From positions 13,439-77,438 of the forward strand of contig JBGDGR010000003.1 in NCBI GenBank assembly GCA_048491795.1: 64,000 nt of DNA, written 5' to 3'. Below, piece after piece: positions 32,989 to 45,858 of this stretch. The notes beneath the pieces are model-generated. The model worked only from the letters and a program-made list of their open reading frames with translations. It was not told the origin of the DNA and did not search any database. The first letter of the stretch is position 1. Each line of letters begins with the position of its first letter. The position numbers were made by a program, and so were the translations under genes. This DNA comes from Coxiella endosymbiont of Haemaphysalis japonica. Its GTDB lineage: Bacteria > Pseudomonadota > Gammaproteobacteria > Coxiellales > Coxiellaceae.

Positions 32989-33786
32989 TCATTCAGGAAG
33001 GCCTGATAGAAATGGTTTATCGATCAATGGTGTCGTAGCTTTAGCAATATTTCGCTTTCCAATCATGCCGGCTTCATAGCCTACCCGGCCGGCTTTAATC
33101 GCATGGGCAAATGCCCGCGCCATAGAAACGGGATCATTGGACAAAGCCACCGCTGAATTTAATAAAACGGCGTCAAAACCCATTTCCATAACTCTCACCG
33201 CATGTGAGGGCCTTCCAATGCCTGCATCAATAATTAATGTGGTATCTGGAAATCTCTCTCGCAAGAGAGATAATGCATAAGGGTTCATGACTCCTCGTCC
33301 GCTTCCAATTGGTGACGCTAAAGGCATTAAAATACGACAACCAACATCGATTAAACGCTGACATAAAATTAGGTCTTCTGTACAATACGGCAATACTTCA
33401 AACCCTTCTTTTATTAACGCTTCGGCAGCTTCCAATAGGATGAAAGGATTGGGCTGCAGGGTGTATTCGTCACCAATAATTTCCAGTTTAATCCAATTAG
33501 TATTAAATAATTCTCGAGCTAGTTGCGCTGTTACTATAGCTTCTTTAACGCTATAGCATCCCGCTGTGTTCGGTAAGATGTAACAGGAAAGTGATCGTAT
33601 TAACTCCCAAAAATAATTCTTTTTTTGTGCTGGTGATTGACGACGTAATGACACTGTAATAATTTCGGCTTTGGATGAGTGAATTGCTTCGCAGAGAATC
33701 TTTGGAGATGGGTATTGTGCAGTACCTAACAATAACCGTGAATTGATTTGAGTATTAGAGATAGACCACATACTTAACCTCCACAC
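32989..33786 (-). CDS. thiG: Thiazole synthase ThiG
   Basis: [33 protein letters not shown] motifs. The start could be the second ATG at 33771. Confidence 0.9.
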   Translation of the reverse strand: MWRLSMWSISNTQINSRLLLGTAQYPSPKILCEAIHSSKAEIITVSLRRQSPAQKKNYFWELIRSLSCYILPNTAGCYSVKEAIVTAQLARELFNTNWIKLEIIGDEYTLQPNPFILLEAAEALIKEGFEVLPYCTEDLILCQRLIDVGCRILMPLASPIGSGRGVMNPYALSLLRERFPDTTLIIDAGIGRPSHAVRVMEMGFDAVLLNSAVALSNDPVSMARAFAHAIKAGRVGYEAGMIGKRNIAKATTPLIDKPFLSGLPE

Positions 33787-34031
33787 ATTGCGGTTATTAC
33801 CTCAATACGATCACCCGGCTGAAGGATAGTTTTTTCATAATGGACGGGGTTAATTACTAACTCGTTAATCGCTACGACGAAAAATCCTGAAAAATCTTTA
33901 TCAACTAATAATTTTTTCAATGTAGTTCGCGGCGAGACTACCAGAGCTTCACCATTTAAACAGATATCAAGCACTTGCCCCTCTTTACTTATCCCATCTC
34001 TAGGTGGGGAGTGGGAAAATGGTTCGATCAT
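33774..34031 (-). CDS. thiS: Sulfur carrier protein ThiS
   Basis: Ends in the ThiS hallmark ...GG. ICLNGE core present. ATG 34031 overlaps the thiO stop (ATGA) and gives 85 aa. An internal GTG at 33974 would give the usual 66 aa. Confidence 0.8.
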   Translation of the reverse strand: MIEPFSHSPPRDGISKEGQVLDICLNGEALVVSPRTTLKKLLVDKDFSGFFVVAINELVINPVHYEKTILQPGDRIEVITAMCGG

Positions 34032-35041
34032 AATTTTTCTAAAATTTTATTAATCAACGCCGGTGCTAATAAAAAACCATGCCGATATAACCCATTAATA
34101 GCGATTAAACCGGGCTGCCAATTAATGCGAGGTAAATTATCGGATAAAGCAGGCCGTAAAGCCGTCACTGTTTCTATAATTCGCGCCTCGGCAAATCCTC
34201 GATGAACACTGTAAGCTGCTGACAATAATTCCAAACAAGTGCGCACGGAAATAGGCGAGGTGTCTTCCGACTCAATTTCACTCGAACCAATAAGGTAGAT
34301 CTGGTTGGGTCGCGGCACGATGTAAACTCTATAACGAGGATGAAGTAACCGAATAGGACGACTTAAATTTACATCTGGTGCATGCAAATAAATCAACTCT
34401 CCTCGAATAGGACGTAAATCATTAAATTGATCGCCTCCGCCAACCCCTCGACAATCAAATATGCAATCAAATGCATATGATCTCTCTTTCACAAAAACGC
34501 AATGGGGAGTTATCTTCTCCACTAACGTATTTTCCCACCAATCCACAGTTAACTTCTTTGACAAAACTATTGCTAATGCTCGTAAAAGCGCGCGTGAATC
34601 GAGGTGCGCCTCTTGAGATAAAAAATAACCCTCTCTAAAGTTTAATTCTGGTTCTAATTTTTTAATCTCAAACTGAGATAATGGCTGAATACAAAATTCT
34701 TTCAGGTTACATTGCACTTGTTCCAGCCAACGTTCTTTTTCCATTATATCCTCTGGATGTGCAATCACAAGCGTTCCCTTTTTCTGAAAAAAAATCGGCT
34801 CAGAAAATGCAGTCAACCATAATGCCCATTTTTTTAATGAATATACACCCCAATCAAAAATCAAACAATTTGATGTTTCGCATTCGGCCACTGGTGATAA
34901 CATCCCTGCTGCAGCATAAGCAGCACTTTCTTGACCTCCTTTACTATCTTTATCAAATAAAGTTACTTTCCATCCCGCAAGGCTTAATCGCCAAGCTAAC
35001 AAACGACCTATTAAACCAGCACCCACAATTCCAGCTTGCAT
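34028..35041 (-). CDS. thiO: Glycine oxidase ThiO (FAD-dependent)
   Basis: 337 aa; N-terminal FAD fold IVGAGLIGRLLAWRL. Sits between thiC and thiS. Confidence 0.85.
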   Translation of the reverse strand: MQAGIVGAGLIGRLLAWRLSLAGWKVTLFDKDSKGGQESAAYAAAGMLSPVAECETSNCLIFDWGVYSLKKWALWLTAFSEPIFFQKKGTLVIAHPEDIMEKERWLEQVQCNLKEFCIQPLSQFEIKKLEPELNFREGYFLSQEAHLDSRALLRALAIVLSKKLTVDWWENTLVEKITPHCVFVKERSYAFDCIFDCRGVGGGDQFNDLRPIRGELIYLHAPDVNLSRPIRLLHPRYRVYIVPRPNQIYLIGSSEIESEDTSPISVRTCLELLSAAYSVHRGFAEARIIETVTALRPALSDNLPRINWQPGLIAINGLYRHGFLLAPALINKILEKL

Positions 35042-35045
35042 TCTT

Positions 35046-36792
<1,747 letters not shown>

Positions 36793-37538
36793 TTAAATAG
36801 CAAGTAGCATTGGAATATATTTATTGATCAAGCTTTTTTCATCAATATGGTATTTTATGGCACTACTAACGGTAATAAGAGTAACCGAGCATCAGAGTTC
36901 CCTTTCTAAGGGCCCGCCCCCGTTGTCTTTCTTCCATTTCTTTCTAGAACAAATGAATAAATGAGCAACTCCTAATTCCAATCGAATGGATATGCCAGAT
37001 GAGGATTTGGAGTATCCCAAAATTGCAAATCAAAAGGATTTATTAAATATTGCCGAGCAATGTTATGTAGAAAATTTAAACTATAATCATCTTGTCCATC
37101 TTCCAAAAATATAAAAGTATTTTTATTCCCGTCGCTTCTCATTCGTACTGTTCCATTTCACAAATGACTCTCGCAGTAGCTTAGTTTTAGTCGTACAAGT
37201 CTGGATATTCAACAATATATTTGGATCTAGAGCGATGAAGTTCAAAGGCTGCATTCTTATATTCGTAAATAAGTATGAGCAGTTCGCGCCTTATTTAATC
37301 AGACAATAAGATGATCTAAAAGCAAATATAGACTTATGCCTAAATCATAATCTTGCATACTAATAATTTTTTGTTAAGGTCCGATGCTAACTTCATAATT
37401 TGCAATTGAAAAGAAGGAAAGCGCACTAAGCTTCTTCTTAACCTACTGTTTGTTATCACGACTCTTGCCAATCATACTTAAATAAAGCTAATATTTTTCT
37501 ATAAATTGCGATACCTAAAATGCTACCATAGTGCTCTA

Positions 37539-38825
37539 ATGAACGTTCTTATTATCGGTAATGGAGGAAGGGAACATGCTTTAGCATGGAAAGCGTCGCA
37601 ATCAGCTCTGGTTGAAAAGATCTGGGTTGCTCCCGGTAATGCTGGAACTGCACTTGAAAATAAAGTTAATAATATTACCATCCATTCTAATATTAATACT
37701 TTAATTGATTTCGTACAAAAAAATAAAATAGGTCTCACTATCGTGGGCCCCGAAATACCGCTAGCAGGTGGGATCGTTGACCAATTTCATCGAAAAGGTT
37801 TAGTTATTTTTGGACCAACACAAGCAGCTGCACAATTAGAAACCTCGAAAAGCTTTTGCAAAGCATTTTTAAGTCGCCACAGCATTCCCAACGCAAGTTT
37901 TGTAACTTTTAAAAATCAAAACGACGCTCTAGCATATCTTTCCCGCCAATCCCAACAATCTTTTCCTATCGTCATTAAGGCGAGCGGCCTTGCGGCTGGA
38001 AAAGGAGTCTTCATCGCGCAATCTTTAACAGAAGCAAGAGACTCTGTTATTTCAATAATGGAGGGAAAACAATTCGGTACGGCAGGACAGGAAATCGTGA
38101 TCGAAAAATTTTTATCTGGTGAAGAATTGAGTTTTATTGCAATAGTCGATGGTGAACATATTTTACCACTAGCCGGTGTACAAGATCATAAACGCCTCTT
38201 GAATGGAGATCGAGGTCCGAATACAGGCGGTATGGGCGCTTATTCACCCGTCCCACGATTGCTACCGGGTACCTTACAAGAGAAAATAATAGCTAAAATC
38301 ATGCATCCCACTATTTCTGGCCTGAAAGCAGAAGGTATTACTTATGTAGGATTTTTATATGCAGGGTTAATGATCACCCCAGACAATGAGCCAAAAGTAT
38401 TAGAATTTAACGTGCGCTTAGGTGACCCCGAAACCCAACCACTTATGATGCGGTTGCATTCAGATTTAATTGAATTAATTTTAGCTGCTCTGTCAGGCAA
38501 ATTAAATCAAATAAATAGCATTATGTGGGATCCACGATTCGCTTTGGCCGTAGTCATGACTGCTGGTGGCTATCCTATGACTTACAATAGAGGAGATATT
38601 ATTGAAGGATTAAATCATCCCTTAACTTCAGATATTAAAATTTTTCATGCGGGTACTCAAAAAAACAATGATGCCATTGTTACCAGCGGGGGGCGTGTTC
38701 TTTCTATCACCGCTTTAGGCACTAATTTGCACGATGCACAAAGTAAAGCTTATCAAATAGTGAATCAAATTAGTTGGCCAAATTGCCATTATCGGGACGA
38801 TATTGGTTATCGCGCAATTTCTTAA
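37539..38825 (+). CDS. purD: Phosphoribosylamine--glycine ligase
   Basis: Start placed at MNVLIIGNGGREHALAWK (ATG 37539). ATP-grasp motifs present. Confidence 0.92.
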   Translation: MNVLIIGNGGREHALAWKASQSALVEKIWVAPGNAGTALENKVNNITIHSNINTLIDFVQKNKIGLTIVGPEIPLAGGIVDQFHRKGLVIFGPTQAAAQLETSKSFCKAFLSRHSIPNASFVTFKNQNDALAYLSRQSQQSFPIVIKASGLAAGKGVFIAQSLTEARDSVISIMEGKQFGTAGQEIVIEKFLSGEELSFIAIVDGEHILPLAGVQDHKRLLNGDRGPNTGGMGAYSPVPRLLPGTLQEKIIAKIMHPTISGLKAEGITYVGFLYAGLMITPDNEPKVLEFNVRLGDPETQPLMMRLHSDLIELILAALSGKLNQINSIMWDPRFALAVVMTAGGYPMTYNRGDIIEGLNHPLTSDIKIFHAGTQKNNDAIVTSGGRVLSITALGTNLHDAQSKAYQIVNQISWPNCHYRDDIGYRAIS

Positions 38826-39899
38826 TTTCAATTTCATAGAGGTAAATTATTCAAAATATTAATTTGACCCAAGCAACCACAGGAAGTCCATCAAATTAAT
38901 GTACTATTCACATAGTCCACTCAGATAAGCGCCTACAATTGTATTGTGGAATTAAAATTTTAAATAGGGATTTAGAACGAATACACAAAATTTTATAAAT
39001 TTAATACCAAAGTTTTTGATACACGACAGACATGACAAAAGGGGTATTAACCAAATTAAACTGTCTCTTCCTACCTTAATAAAAACTTCTAAGGATATTC
39101 AAATGTTCTGAATGACAACAATAGCTTTTTATCACAGCATAGATAGTAAATGACCTTACTATTCATGATTATTTAAATCACGAAAAGAATTCGATGCAGA
39201 CAATCAATACCTCCTTTATACAAACTTAAAGCGCTCGACTGATACGTAGAAAAATAATTAACTTAATAATTCCATTTTTCACGCTGCTGTTCAAGCTACT
39301 GATAGTAAGGACAATACAAAGAATACAAAATGATGAAATGGATGATTCGCTAATAAATGCACAAGAGTGAGCAACAAAGATATCAACGCCTTTAATTATA
39401 GGGCTTCTACTTTTTCTCAAAATACATGGAAATCAATGCTTGAAAGTTCTTATCAATACTTAATTATCAACACCTAATTCAGTTCTAGTAGTGCCTTACT
39501 ATAGGTGCCATATTTTTAATCGCTCCCTATTTTTCAGATGCCATAATAATATCTTTTTTAAAGTTTTAACCATTTCTTTAAACTTGTAGCGTTTTAGAAA
39601 GGTTTTTCAATAATATTTTGTACCTTTGTGGGTACATCATGCATCTCTTGGTCATGGAAAAAAGTGAAACGATTAGAATCCCTAGCAAGTGTAGACATAT
39701 TAACTCGAGTCTCTATATCAAAAATGTTTACGCAGATAATATGCTTACACAGATAATGGGAACGCTCCGACACTCAATTTCACATTAAATCAATGAGCCC
39801 TTGAGGAGAATATGAGCCGTTTCGCCTTAAATCTTGATAGTTAGATAATAAATTTGAGTCAGGCGTTAAACCTATGAAATAAGCCAGTCGGCCAGGCCC

Positions 39900-40290
39900 C
39901 GATGTCACTTCGTCACTCTAGTTTCGATGCCTTAACCCCAAAACAAACTACTACATTAATTTAAGCACTTTTTTGACAATCTACTGACATCATTATCTAT
40001 AAGTTAATTAATTTTATTGATCTTTATTTTTTCAATACTATAGTTCTAAATAAGAGTTTTGTGTAGATAGTCAGAATGCTATTTTGAAGAACAACCCTTT
40101 ACACTTTAGAAGAATAAGTTTTCATCTTTAGCTCCCGCATTCTCCGATAGGCTACTTATGTTTATTCAGATTTCACGGAAAGGCGATGCCTATTTGTGCA
40201 TCTGTATCTAGTCCCGTGCTCCGTTCGAGTAAGGGGGTATCCCCTATGACATATCGCATATTTTCAATGGAAGTAATACCATTCATAGCT
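39900..40290 (-). pseudogene. Possible fold-type-II PLP enzyme (cysteine synthase-like) relic
   Basis: Minus strand from ATG 40286 reads MNGITSIENMRYVIGDTPLLERSTGLDTDAQIGIAFP then a stop (CysK-type: i...IG.TPLv.L). Further down, DEVTSGPGRLAYFIG resembles ExTSGNTGiaLA. Motif spacing is about 50 aa longer than in CysK, so the assignment is weak. Confidence 0.3.
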
Positions 40291-40391
40291 ATTATCCGAG
40301 CCTATCCAAATGCCACAGCAGCTTTTAAGCTGTCCAAATACTTTACGGTCCAAGAAGAAACCAAAGTAATCGTATTACCACACTAGGCTAG

Positions 40392-41105
40392 TCAATTATC
40401 ACGTCGGACCGCAGCTACAGAAAAACACTCCCTCTCTTTTAAAAACTCCAAAAAAGCCCGATGTGCTATTTTTTCTTCCTCATTTGCCTTTATAACCCGC
40501 AAAGACTTTCGGTCGTTCCTCTCTAATCGTCGAATTTGAGGCGATTGCACAACGGTGGCGGGATCTTTCTGTTCAAACAACTTCCTTTGACCGCCAGTCA
40601 TTAACAAATAGATCTGGGCCAGGAATTCAGCATCCAACAACGCTCCATGATATTGGCGGTTGGAATTATCAATATGGTATCGTCGACAAAGAGCATCTAA
40701 ATTATTATGTTGCCCGGGATGCTTTTGGCGAGCAATTACCAAAGTATCTAAAATTGGACAATAATCAGAAATCATTTTAAAAGCTTTCCCGGTAACTTCT
40801 AATTCATGATTTAAAAAAGCCACATCGAATGGAGCATTGTGAATGATTAATTCAGCCCCTTTAAGAAAAGCAATGAGTCCATCTGCAATATCATTAAAGG
40901 AAGGTTTATCAGCCAAAAAGCTTTCCGTAATACCGTGAATATCGGCAGCATCGCGTTCGATAGAACGACATGGATTAATATAAAAATGTAGATATTGGCC
41001 TGTTAAACGCCTATCGATCATTTCTAAACAACCAATTTCAACAATCCGATGCCCCTCTTTCGGTAAGAGACCGGTCGTTTCTGTATCTAAGACAATTTGC
41101 CGCAT
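40392..41105 (-). CDS. dnaQ: DNA polymerase III epsilon subunit (3'-5' exonuclease)
   Basis: 237 aa; MRQIVLDTETTGL, IIHNAPFDVAFL, HGALLDAEFLAQIY Exo I-III motifs. Confidence 0.93.
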   Translation of the reverse strand: MRQIVLDTETTGLLPKEGHRIVEIGCLEMIDRRLTGQYLHFYINPCRSIERDAADIHGITESFLADKPSFNDIADGLIAFLKGAELIIHNAPFDVAFLNHELEVTGKAFKMISDYCPILDTLVIARQKHPGQHNNLDALCRRYHIDNSNRQYHGALLDAEFLAQIYLLMTGGQRKLFEQKDPATVVQSPQIRRLERNDRKSLRVIKANEEEKIAHRAFLEFLKERECFSVAAVRRDN

Positions 41106-41128
41106 ATGTACCCTAAAAATCTATAGTT

Positions 41129-41581
41129 TTAAGTTGTCAAAAATTCATCAATGCCACGATTAGCTAGACGATCGGCAATCTCATTTTCCGGATGACCACT
41201 GTGCCCCTTCACCCATTTCCAAAAAACCATATGACGCTTGACTTCGCCTTCTAGAGCTTCCCATAAGACCTTATTTTTAACAGGTTTCTTCCCGCTGGTT
41301 TTCCATTTTCTCTTCTTCCAGAGAGGGAGCCATTCAGTTATTCCACGACGTAAATATTGAGAATCCGTAATAGTAATAACATAACAAGGGCGTCTTAGCG
41401 CCTTGAGGCCTTCAATAGCGGCAGTCAATTCCATTCGGTTGTTGGTCGTATTGGCAGCGCTGCCATAAAGTTGGCATTCATAGCCATCATAACGTAATAA
41501 AACTCCCCATCCGCCGGAACCTGGATTACCACGACAGGCACCATCGCAGAATAGATACACAATATTTTGTTCTTTTTTCAT
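41129..41581 (-). CDS. rnhA: Ribonuclease HI
   Basis: 150 aa; [40 protein letters not shown]. Confidence 0.93.
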   Translation of the reverse strand: MKKEQNIVYLFCDGACRGNPGSGGWGVLLRYDGYECQLYGSAANTTNNRMELTAAIEGLKALRRPCYVITITDSQYLRRGITEWLPLWKKRKWKTSGKKPVKNKVLWEALEGEVKRHMVFWKWVKGHSGHPENEIADRLANRGIDEFLTT

Positions 41582-42327
41582 AATTTCAAAGATGGAGTTA
41601 GTTTAATAATGCTCTGCGGAATTGCTGGGTCTTTTTTCCATAAAATTCTACTACAAAGCGGTACGTAGACCTCTTTCTTGGCGGCCAGTAAATAAATACT
41701 ACCTATTGTAGGAAAACAAACCTGACCAATCATTTCATTAATTAAGTGAAGTCGCTGATTCGGCTTATCTTTGAACGGTAAACCATAACAAAAAGTTTTA
41801 CTAAAAGAAATTGAATATTTAAAATTAATTAACCAACGCTTTACTTGCTCGCAAGACCAAAATTTTCCATTCCAGGGAACTTCCTGTTTAATAGAAAATA
41901 GTTTCCTTAGTCCTGATAAGCTCCATGGATTAAAACCAAAAATGAATAACCTACCTGCCGGTTTTAATGCTCGAAAAATTTCTTGAATTAGTGTAACGGG
42001 ATAACTAATGAATTCTAATACATGTACCAATACAAAAACATCAATTCTTCCTGTCAATAAAGGTAATTTTTTCCAATCTATTTGTATGGATAATAAATTA
42101 TTGGTCAGCTCTGAAGTTAATTGAATATGATAAAAGATAGGACTCCCTGCCGAATGTGTAAGAGTCGTTTCTCCGCCCATCTGAATTAAATATTTTCCGT
42201 GAATAGTTTTCAAAAATCGTGTTGCTTCTTTATTCTCCCAGGATAATATCGACGATCCTGGAGGACGTAGATACCAATCTCGCATGATCTCTAGCGACCG
42301 CTCCATATTGGAAAATTTTGAATTCAT
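41578..42327 (-). CDS. Class I SAM-dependent methyltransferase (YafS-like)
   Basis: 249 aa in the conserved position divergent from gloB and upstream of rnhA. ATGA overlap with rnhA. Methyltransferase-fold-like core (VLVHVLEF...[14 protein letters not shown]). Confidence 0.7.
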   Translation of the reverse strand: MNSKFSNMERSLEIMRDWYLRPPGSSILSWENKEATRFLKTIHGKYLIQMGGETTLTHSAGSPIFYHIQLTSELTNNLLSIQIDWKKLPLLTGRIDVFVLVHVLEFISYPVTLIQEIFRALKPAGRLFIFGFNPWSLSGLRKLFSIKQEVPWNGKFWSCEQVKRWLINFKYSISFSKTFCYGLPFKDKPNQRLHLINEMIGQVCFPTIGSIYLLAAKKEVYVPLCSRILWKKDPAIPQSIIKLTPSLKL

Positions 42328-42377
42328 ATTTTATACTTTTAAAGTACTCAATTTTTCTAAGGAAATATCTTTATCTG

Positions 42378-43151
42378 ATGTCTCACACAATTCTTACTAT
42401 TCCGGCTCTTAATGATAACTACATCTGGGCCATCGTGCATCTAAAGAAACAAACTGCCGTAGTAATCGATCCTGGGGAAACAAAACCCATCCTACAGGTG
42501 CTTGAACAACGAAATTTAAAATTAACAGCTATATTACTCACTCACCATCACTGGGACCACACGAATGGTATTTCAGGTCTTTTAAAAAAACAGCCCGTGC
42601 CTGTTTACGGACCGGTCGAAGACTCAATCCCTCTCTGTAATCACCCTATTAAGGGTGATGATCGGCTTACTTTATCTTCAGTAGATCTTACTTTTACCAT
42701 TTTAGCTATTCCAGGACATACCTTAGGACACATTGCTTATTATGGACATCAGTGGGCTTTTACTGGGGACACATTATTTTCTGGAGGCTGTGGCCGGATT
42801 TTTGAAGGTTCACCGGATCAACTTTACCATTCGTTACTCAAATTAGCAGCTCTCCCTGCTGACACTCAAGTTTATTGTGGTCATGAATATACTAAGAAAA
42901 ACCTTAAGTTTGCCAAAATGGTTGATCCAGAAAATTATAAACTTAAGAAACGAATTGCAGAAACGGAGCAAAAACTTAATCAAAATCTTCCCACTCTTCC
43001 TTCGACCCTCCAGCTTGAGCTCGATACTAATCCGTTCCTCCGATGTCATAAAAAAAGTATTCAGCAAAGTTTAAGAGAATATTATGGCTATCCTCTCACT
43101 GATACAGTCGCTGTTTTTACGGCTTTACGTCGATGGAAAGATGAATTTTGA
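42378..43151 (+). CDS. gloB: Hydroxyacylglutathione hydrolase (glyoxalase II)
   Basis: Start placed at MSHTILTIPALNDNYIW (ATG 42378). Metallo-beta-lactamase THHHWDH motif; C-terminal NPFLR. Confidence 0.9.
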   Translation: MSHTILTIPALNDNYIWAIVHLKKQTAVVIDPGETKPILQVLEQRNLKLTAILLTHHHWDHTNGISGLLKKQPVPVYGPVEDSIPLCNHPIKGDDRLTLSSVDLTFTILAIPGHTLGHIAYYGHQWAFTGDTLFSGGCGRIFEGSPDQLYHSLLKLAALPADTQVYCGHEYTKKNLKFAKMVDPENYKLKKRIAETEQKLNQNLPTLPSTLQLELDTNPFLRCHKKSIQQSLREYYGYPLTDTVAVFTALRRWKDEF

Positions 43152-43269
43152 TTCTTGAGGCATTTATCTGTAATATCGCTGAATGCCAAAATGGATTTCT
43201 AAAATTACCATTCCAAATTGACTTAAAATGTACGACTCTACATTCATTATGTACTTCAAAAAATAAAAA

Positions 43270-43860
43270 ACATGGAATACCTGAAGAATGCGCTTTTAAT
43301 GATTAAAAGTAACTATGATCCCTTTCATATTCTAAACTCACCGAGCTCTCCACAGAGGGACTTTGGCAATTAATACCGGAAACCACCCATAGGCGGCTTA
43401 CTTATTAACTGAATTTATGGTACGACGACGAACGCTGTCATAAATTATCTCAATTAATATCTTCACAATTATTTTCATAGTTGGTTTTTAGTTGTAGAAG
43501 CCTATGATAGAAGATAAGAAACTGTGACAGAAGCTATTCGATATAACCCTTCGCCTCCCGAGTGCCTATTCCACCAAGCCAAATCATACTTATAATCTTT
43601 TAATTCTAACTAACTAAAGTAAAGCCGATGTATTAGAAGAAAACCTTACACCCTGGTAAGGGATCTGCCCCAAGCGCCCAATATTTTCCGAAATTGTTGC
43701 ATTATTGCGTCAGCGTTTTGGATTTATTAAGTATTTTAGCAAGCCACACCACACTACACGAGGTCGCAGAAATTCTCAAAATGAATAAATTAAAAGGAGA
43801 TATGATTCTGTATTGAAAAAAATTTATTAATTTCTGAAGCTCAAGTCCGCTCCTATACAC
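43270..43860 (+). pseudogene. mltD: Lytic transglycosylase (SLT domain + LysM, mltD-like) relic
   Basis: IKSNYDPF...GLWQLIPETT...WYDDER, then after a frame change WFLVVEAYDRR.ETVTEAI (SLT: vESnfnP..GLWQfmP.T...w.DeR...W.lalAAYNaGeG.V.kAI). The catalytic Glu position reads Lys. LysM-like TLHEVAEILKMNKLKGDMILY at about 43750-43815. Multiple stops. Confidence 0.6.
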
Positions 43861-44274
43861 CTAAAGTAATGTTCGCATCCCAAAAGATAACATTCCTGGT
43901 CCTTAGCGTGGGATACATAGCATAAACTTTGCGAAACCCATTATTCATATTGCTCATCGTTATCATGTAACCCCTCAACAAATTTATTTTTTAAGAATAA
44001 CATAACTAAACCTAATGTATTAGATTCTGAAAAAATCAATCACTTAAAAGCATAACGCATACAAGGCTAAATACATATTGCTAAATATGGAAAACCGTTT
44101 CCTGCCATTGCCCATCATTAACAAAACTACTATAACTCCAAGCTAGGTCACACCAAATCATTTAGCTGGAAATAGAATTCGTATTAAGCAAAGTTTGATG
44201 ATATAAGAGGAACTATTGAACGGACTGTTTTGAATACGAAATACGAAAAAATTTACGTTATGGGAAGAACTAAT

Positions 44275-45126
44275 ATGACCGCCCGAATTTTAGATGGTCG
44301 TACGTGTGCAAAAAAAGTCAAAACACGTATTAAAGAAGCTATTTTTGCCCGACAAAAAAAAGCCCTCTCAGTACCTGCTTTATCTGTTATTTTGGTGGGA
44401 GAGGATCCTGCTTCCGCTGCTTATGTCCGTCAAAAGGAGTTAGCTTGTCAGGCAGTCGGCATTCACTTGACAGTTCATCGAATGCTGAGCACAATTTCAA
44501 AGACAGAACTTTCAGAAAAAATTGATCAGTACAATGCTGATTCCAAAACTCACGGTATTCTTCTTCAGCTTCCTTTACCTGCGCATATCAATACCTTCCA
44601 CTTACTCGAACGCATTCACCCAAATAAAGATGTCGATGGCTTTCACCCTTATAATCTAGGTCGTTTAGTGCAACGTCATCCAATATTACCTCCTTGTACT
44701 CCCGCTGGAATTATGACCCTTTTGAGAGAGACTAACGAAGATCTTACGGGAAAGCACGCTGTTGTCATTGGTGCTTCAAATATTGTAGGCCGACCTATGG
44801 CTCTAGAATTGTTATTGGCCAAATGTACCATAACAGTGTGTCATCGCTTTACACGAAATTTAGAAAAACATATTAACACAGCGGATCTATTAATCGCCGC
44901 TGTTGGAAAACCAGGTATTATTCAAAGTAAATGGATTAAACCTGGCGCTATTGTAGTTGATGTTGGTTTTAGCCGGTTAAGTCACAATAAGATTATTGGT
45001 GATATCGATTTTGAAACCGCTAAAGAAAAAACTGCTTGGATAACACCGGTTCCAGGAGGCGTTGGACCGATGACTGTTGCTACCCTCCTCGAAAATACAC
45101 TCCAAGCCGCTAGAAATTTGGATTAG
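44275..45126 (+). CDS. folD: Bifunctional methylenetetrahydrofolate dehydrogenase/cyclohydrolase
   Basis: Start placed at MTARILDGRTCAKKV (ATG 44275). LVGEDPAS, PVPGGVGPMT motifs. Confidence 0.92.
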   Translation: MTARILDGRTCAKKVKTRIKEAIFARQKKALSVPALSVILVGEDPASAAYVRQKELACQAVGIHLTVHRMLSTISKTELSEKIDQYNADSKTHGILLQLPLPAHINTFHLLERIHPNKDVDGFHPYNLGRLVQRHPILPPCTPAGIMTLLRETNEDLTGKHAVVIGASNIVGRPMALELLLAKCTITVCHRFTRNLEKHINTADLLIAAVGKPGIIQSKWIKPGAIVVDVGFSRLSHNKIIGDIDFETAKEKTAWITPVPGGVGPMTVATLLENTLQAARNLD

Positions 45127-45311
45127 TTCTTAGAAATGACAAACCTCTCAATCGGAATCTGAATCTGAAGTGTCATCATCTTTAATTCCAGGTTCAGAGA
45201 AATATCTATGGCAAGTTTTGATCGCTCCCATTAAATTATGATCAAAACACCTACTTTAGATTTTCTAAAGGTCATAGAAGAAAGCACAATGAGATTTTTC
45301 GTAAAAAATTA

Positions 45312-45335
45312 ATTCATTTTTAATTAAAAATGAAT
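45312..45335. repeat. Perfect 24-bp AT-only palindrome
   Basis: attcatttttaa/ttaaaaatgaat in ORF-free DNA about 190 nt after folD. Confidence 0.85.
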
Positions 45336-45858
45336 GATCGTTTGTATTATTTTAATTCGTTACTGCTCTTACAAATTCTACAGGACTTTCGAGTTGTTTT
45401 CCCTTCTATCAAAAGTGCTTGATTAAGGAACAACTCTACCCAATAGCATCAAGAGGGTATATGGGCTTAACTTCTAACATTAATTTTTCTTAAATTTACT
45501 TGAACAAATTCTTAAATAATTTTTAATAACAACCGTCCAAATGACCACCCCATTTCACTTTCATTAAAAACCACACACATACAGAAAGAAAAATCGGTTA
45601 ATCAATTTATGATCCGAACTCCTTTTATTGCATCACTCAGGATTTCTTCGTGATTTTTATCACCTAATTCTTTTTCTTCTTCTACTTTTTCTAGTTTACA
45701 TAGATACACAGTACCTTCAACTTTTTATTGCAGAGAACACGCGTCGAAAGATGCAAAAATCTCCTAATACCTCCTCTTAGCCTTGAATGATAAAACTTCC
45801 GTCTGGAAAAAGAGAGGGCCTCTAAATGTGTTGCCCCCCCATTTTTCTTTCCGTTTGA

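Noticed and set aside
39728-39757. Direct repeat ttac[g/a]cagataat occurring twice, 17 nt apart.
   Set aside because: Only two copies of 13 nt with a mismatch in decaying DNA. It is not an array and shows no iteron-like context.
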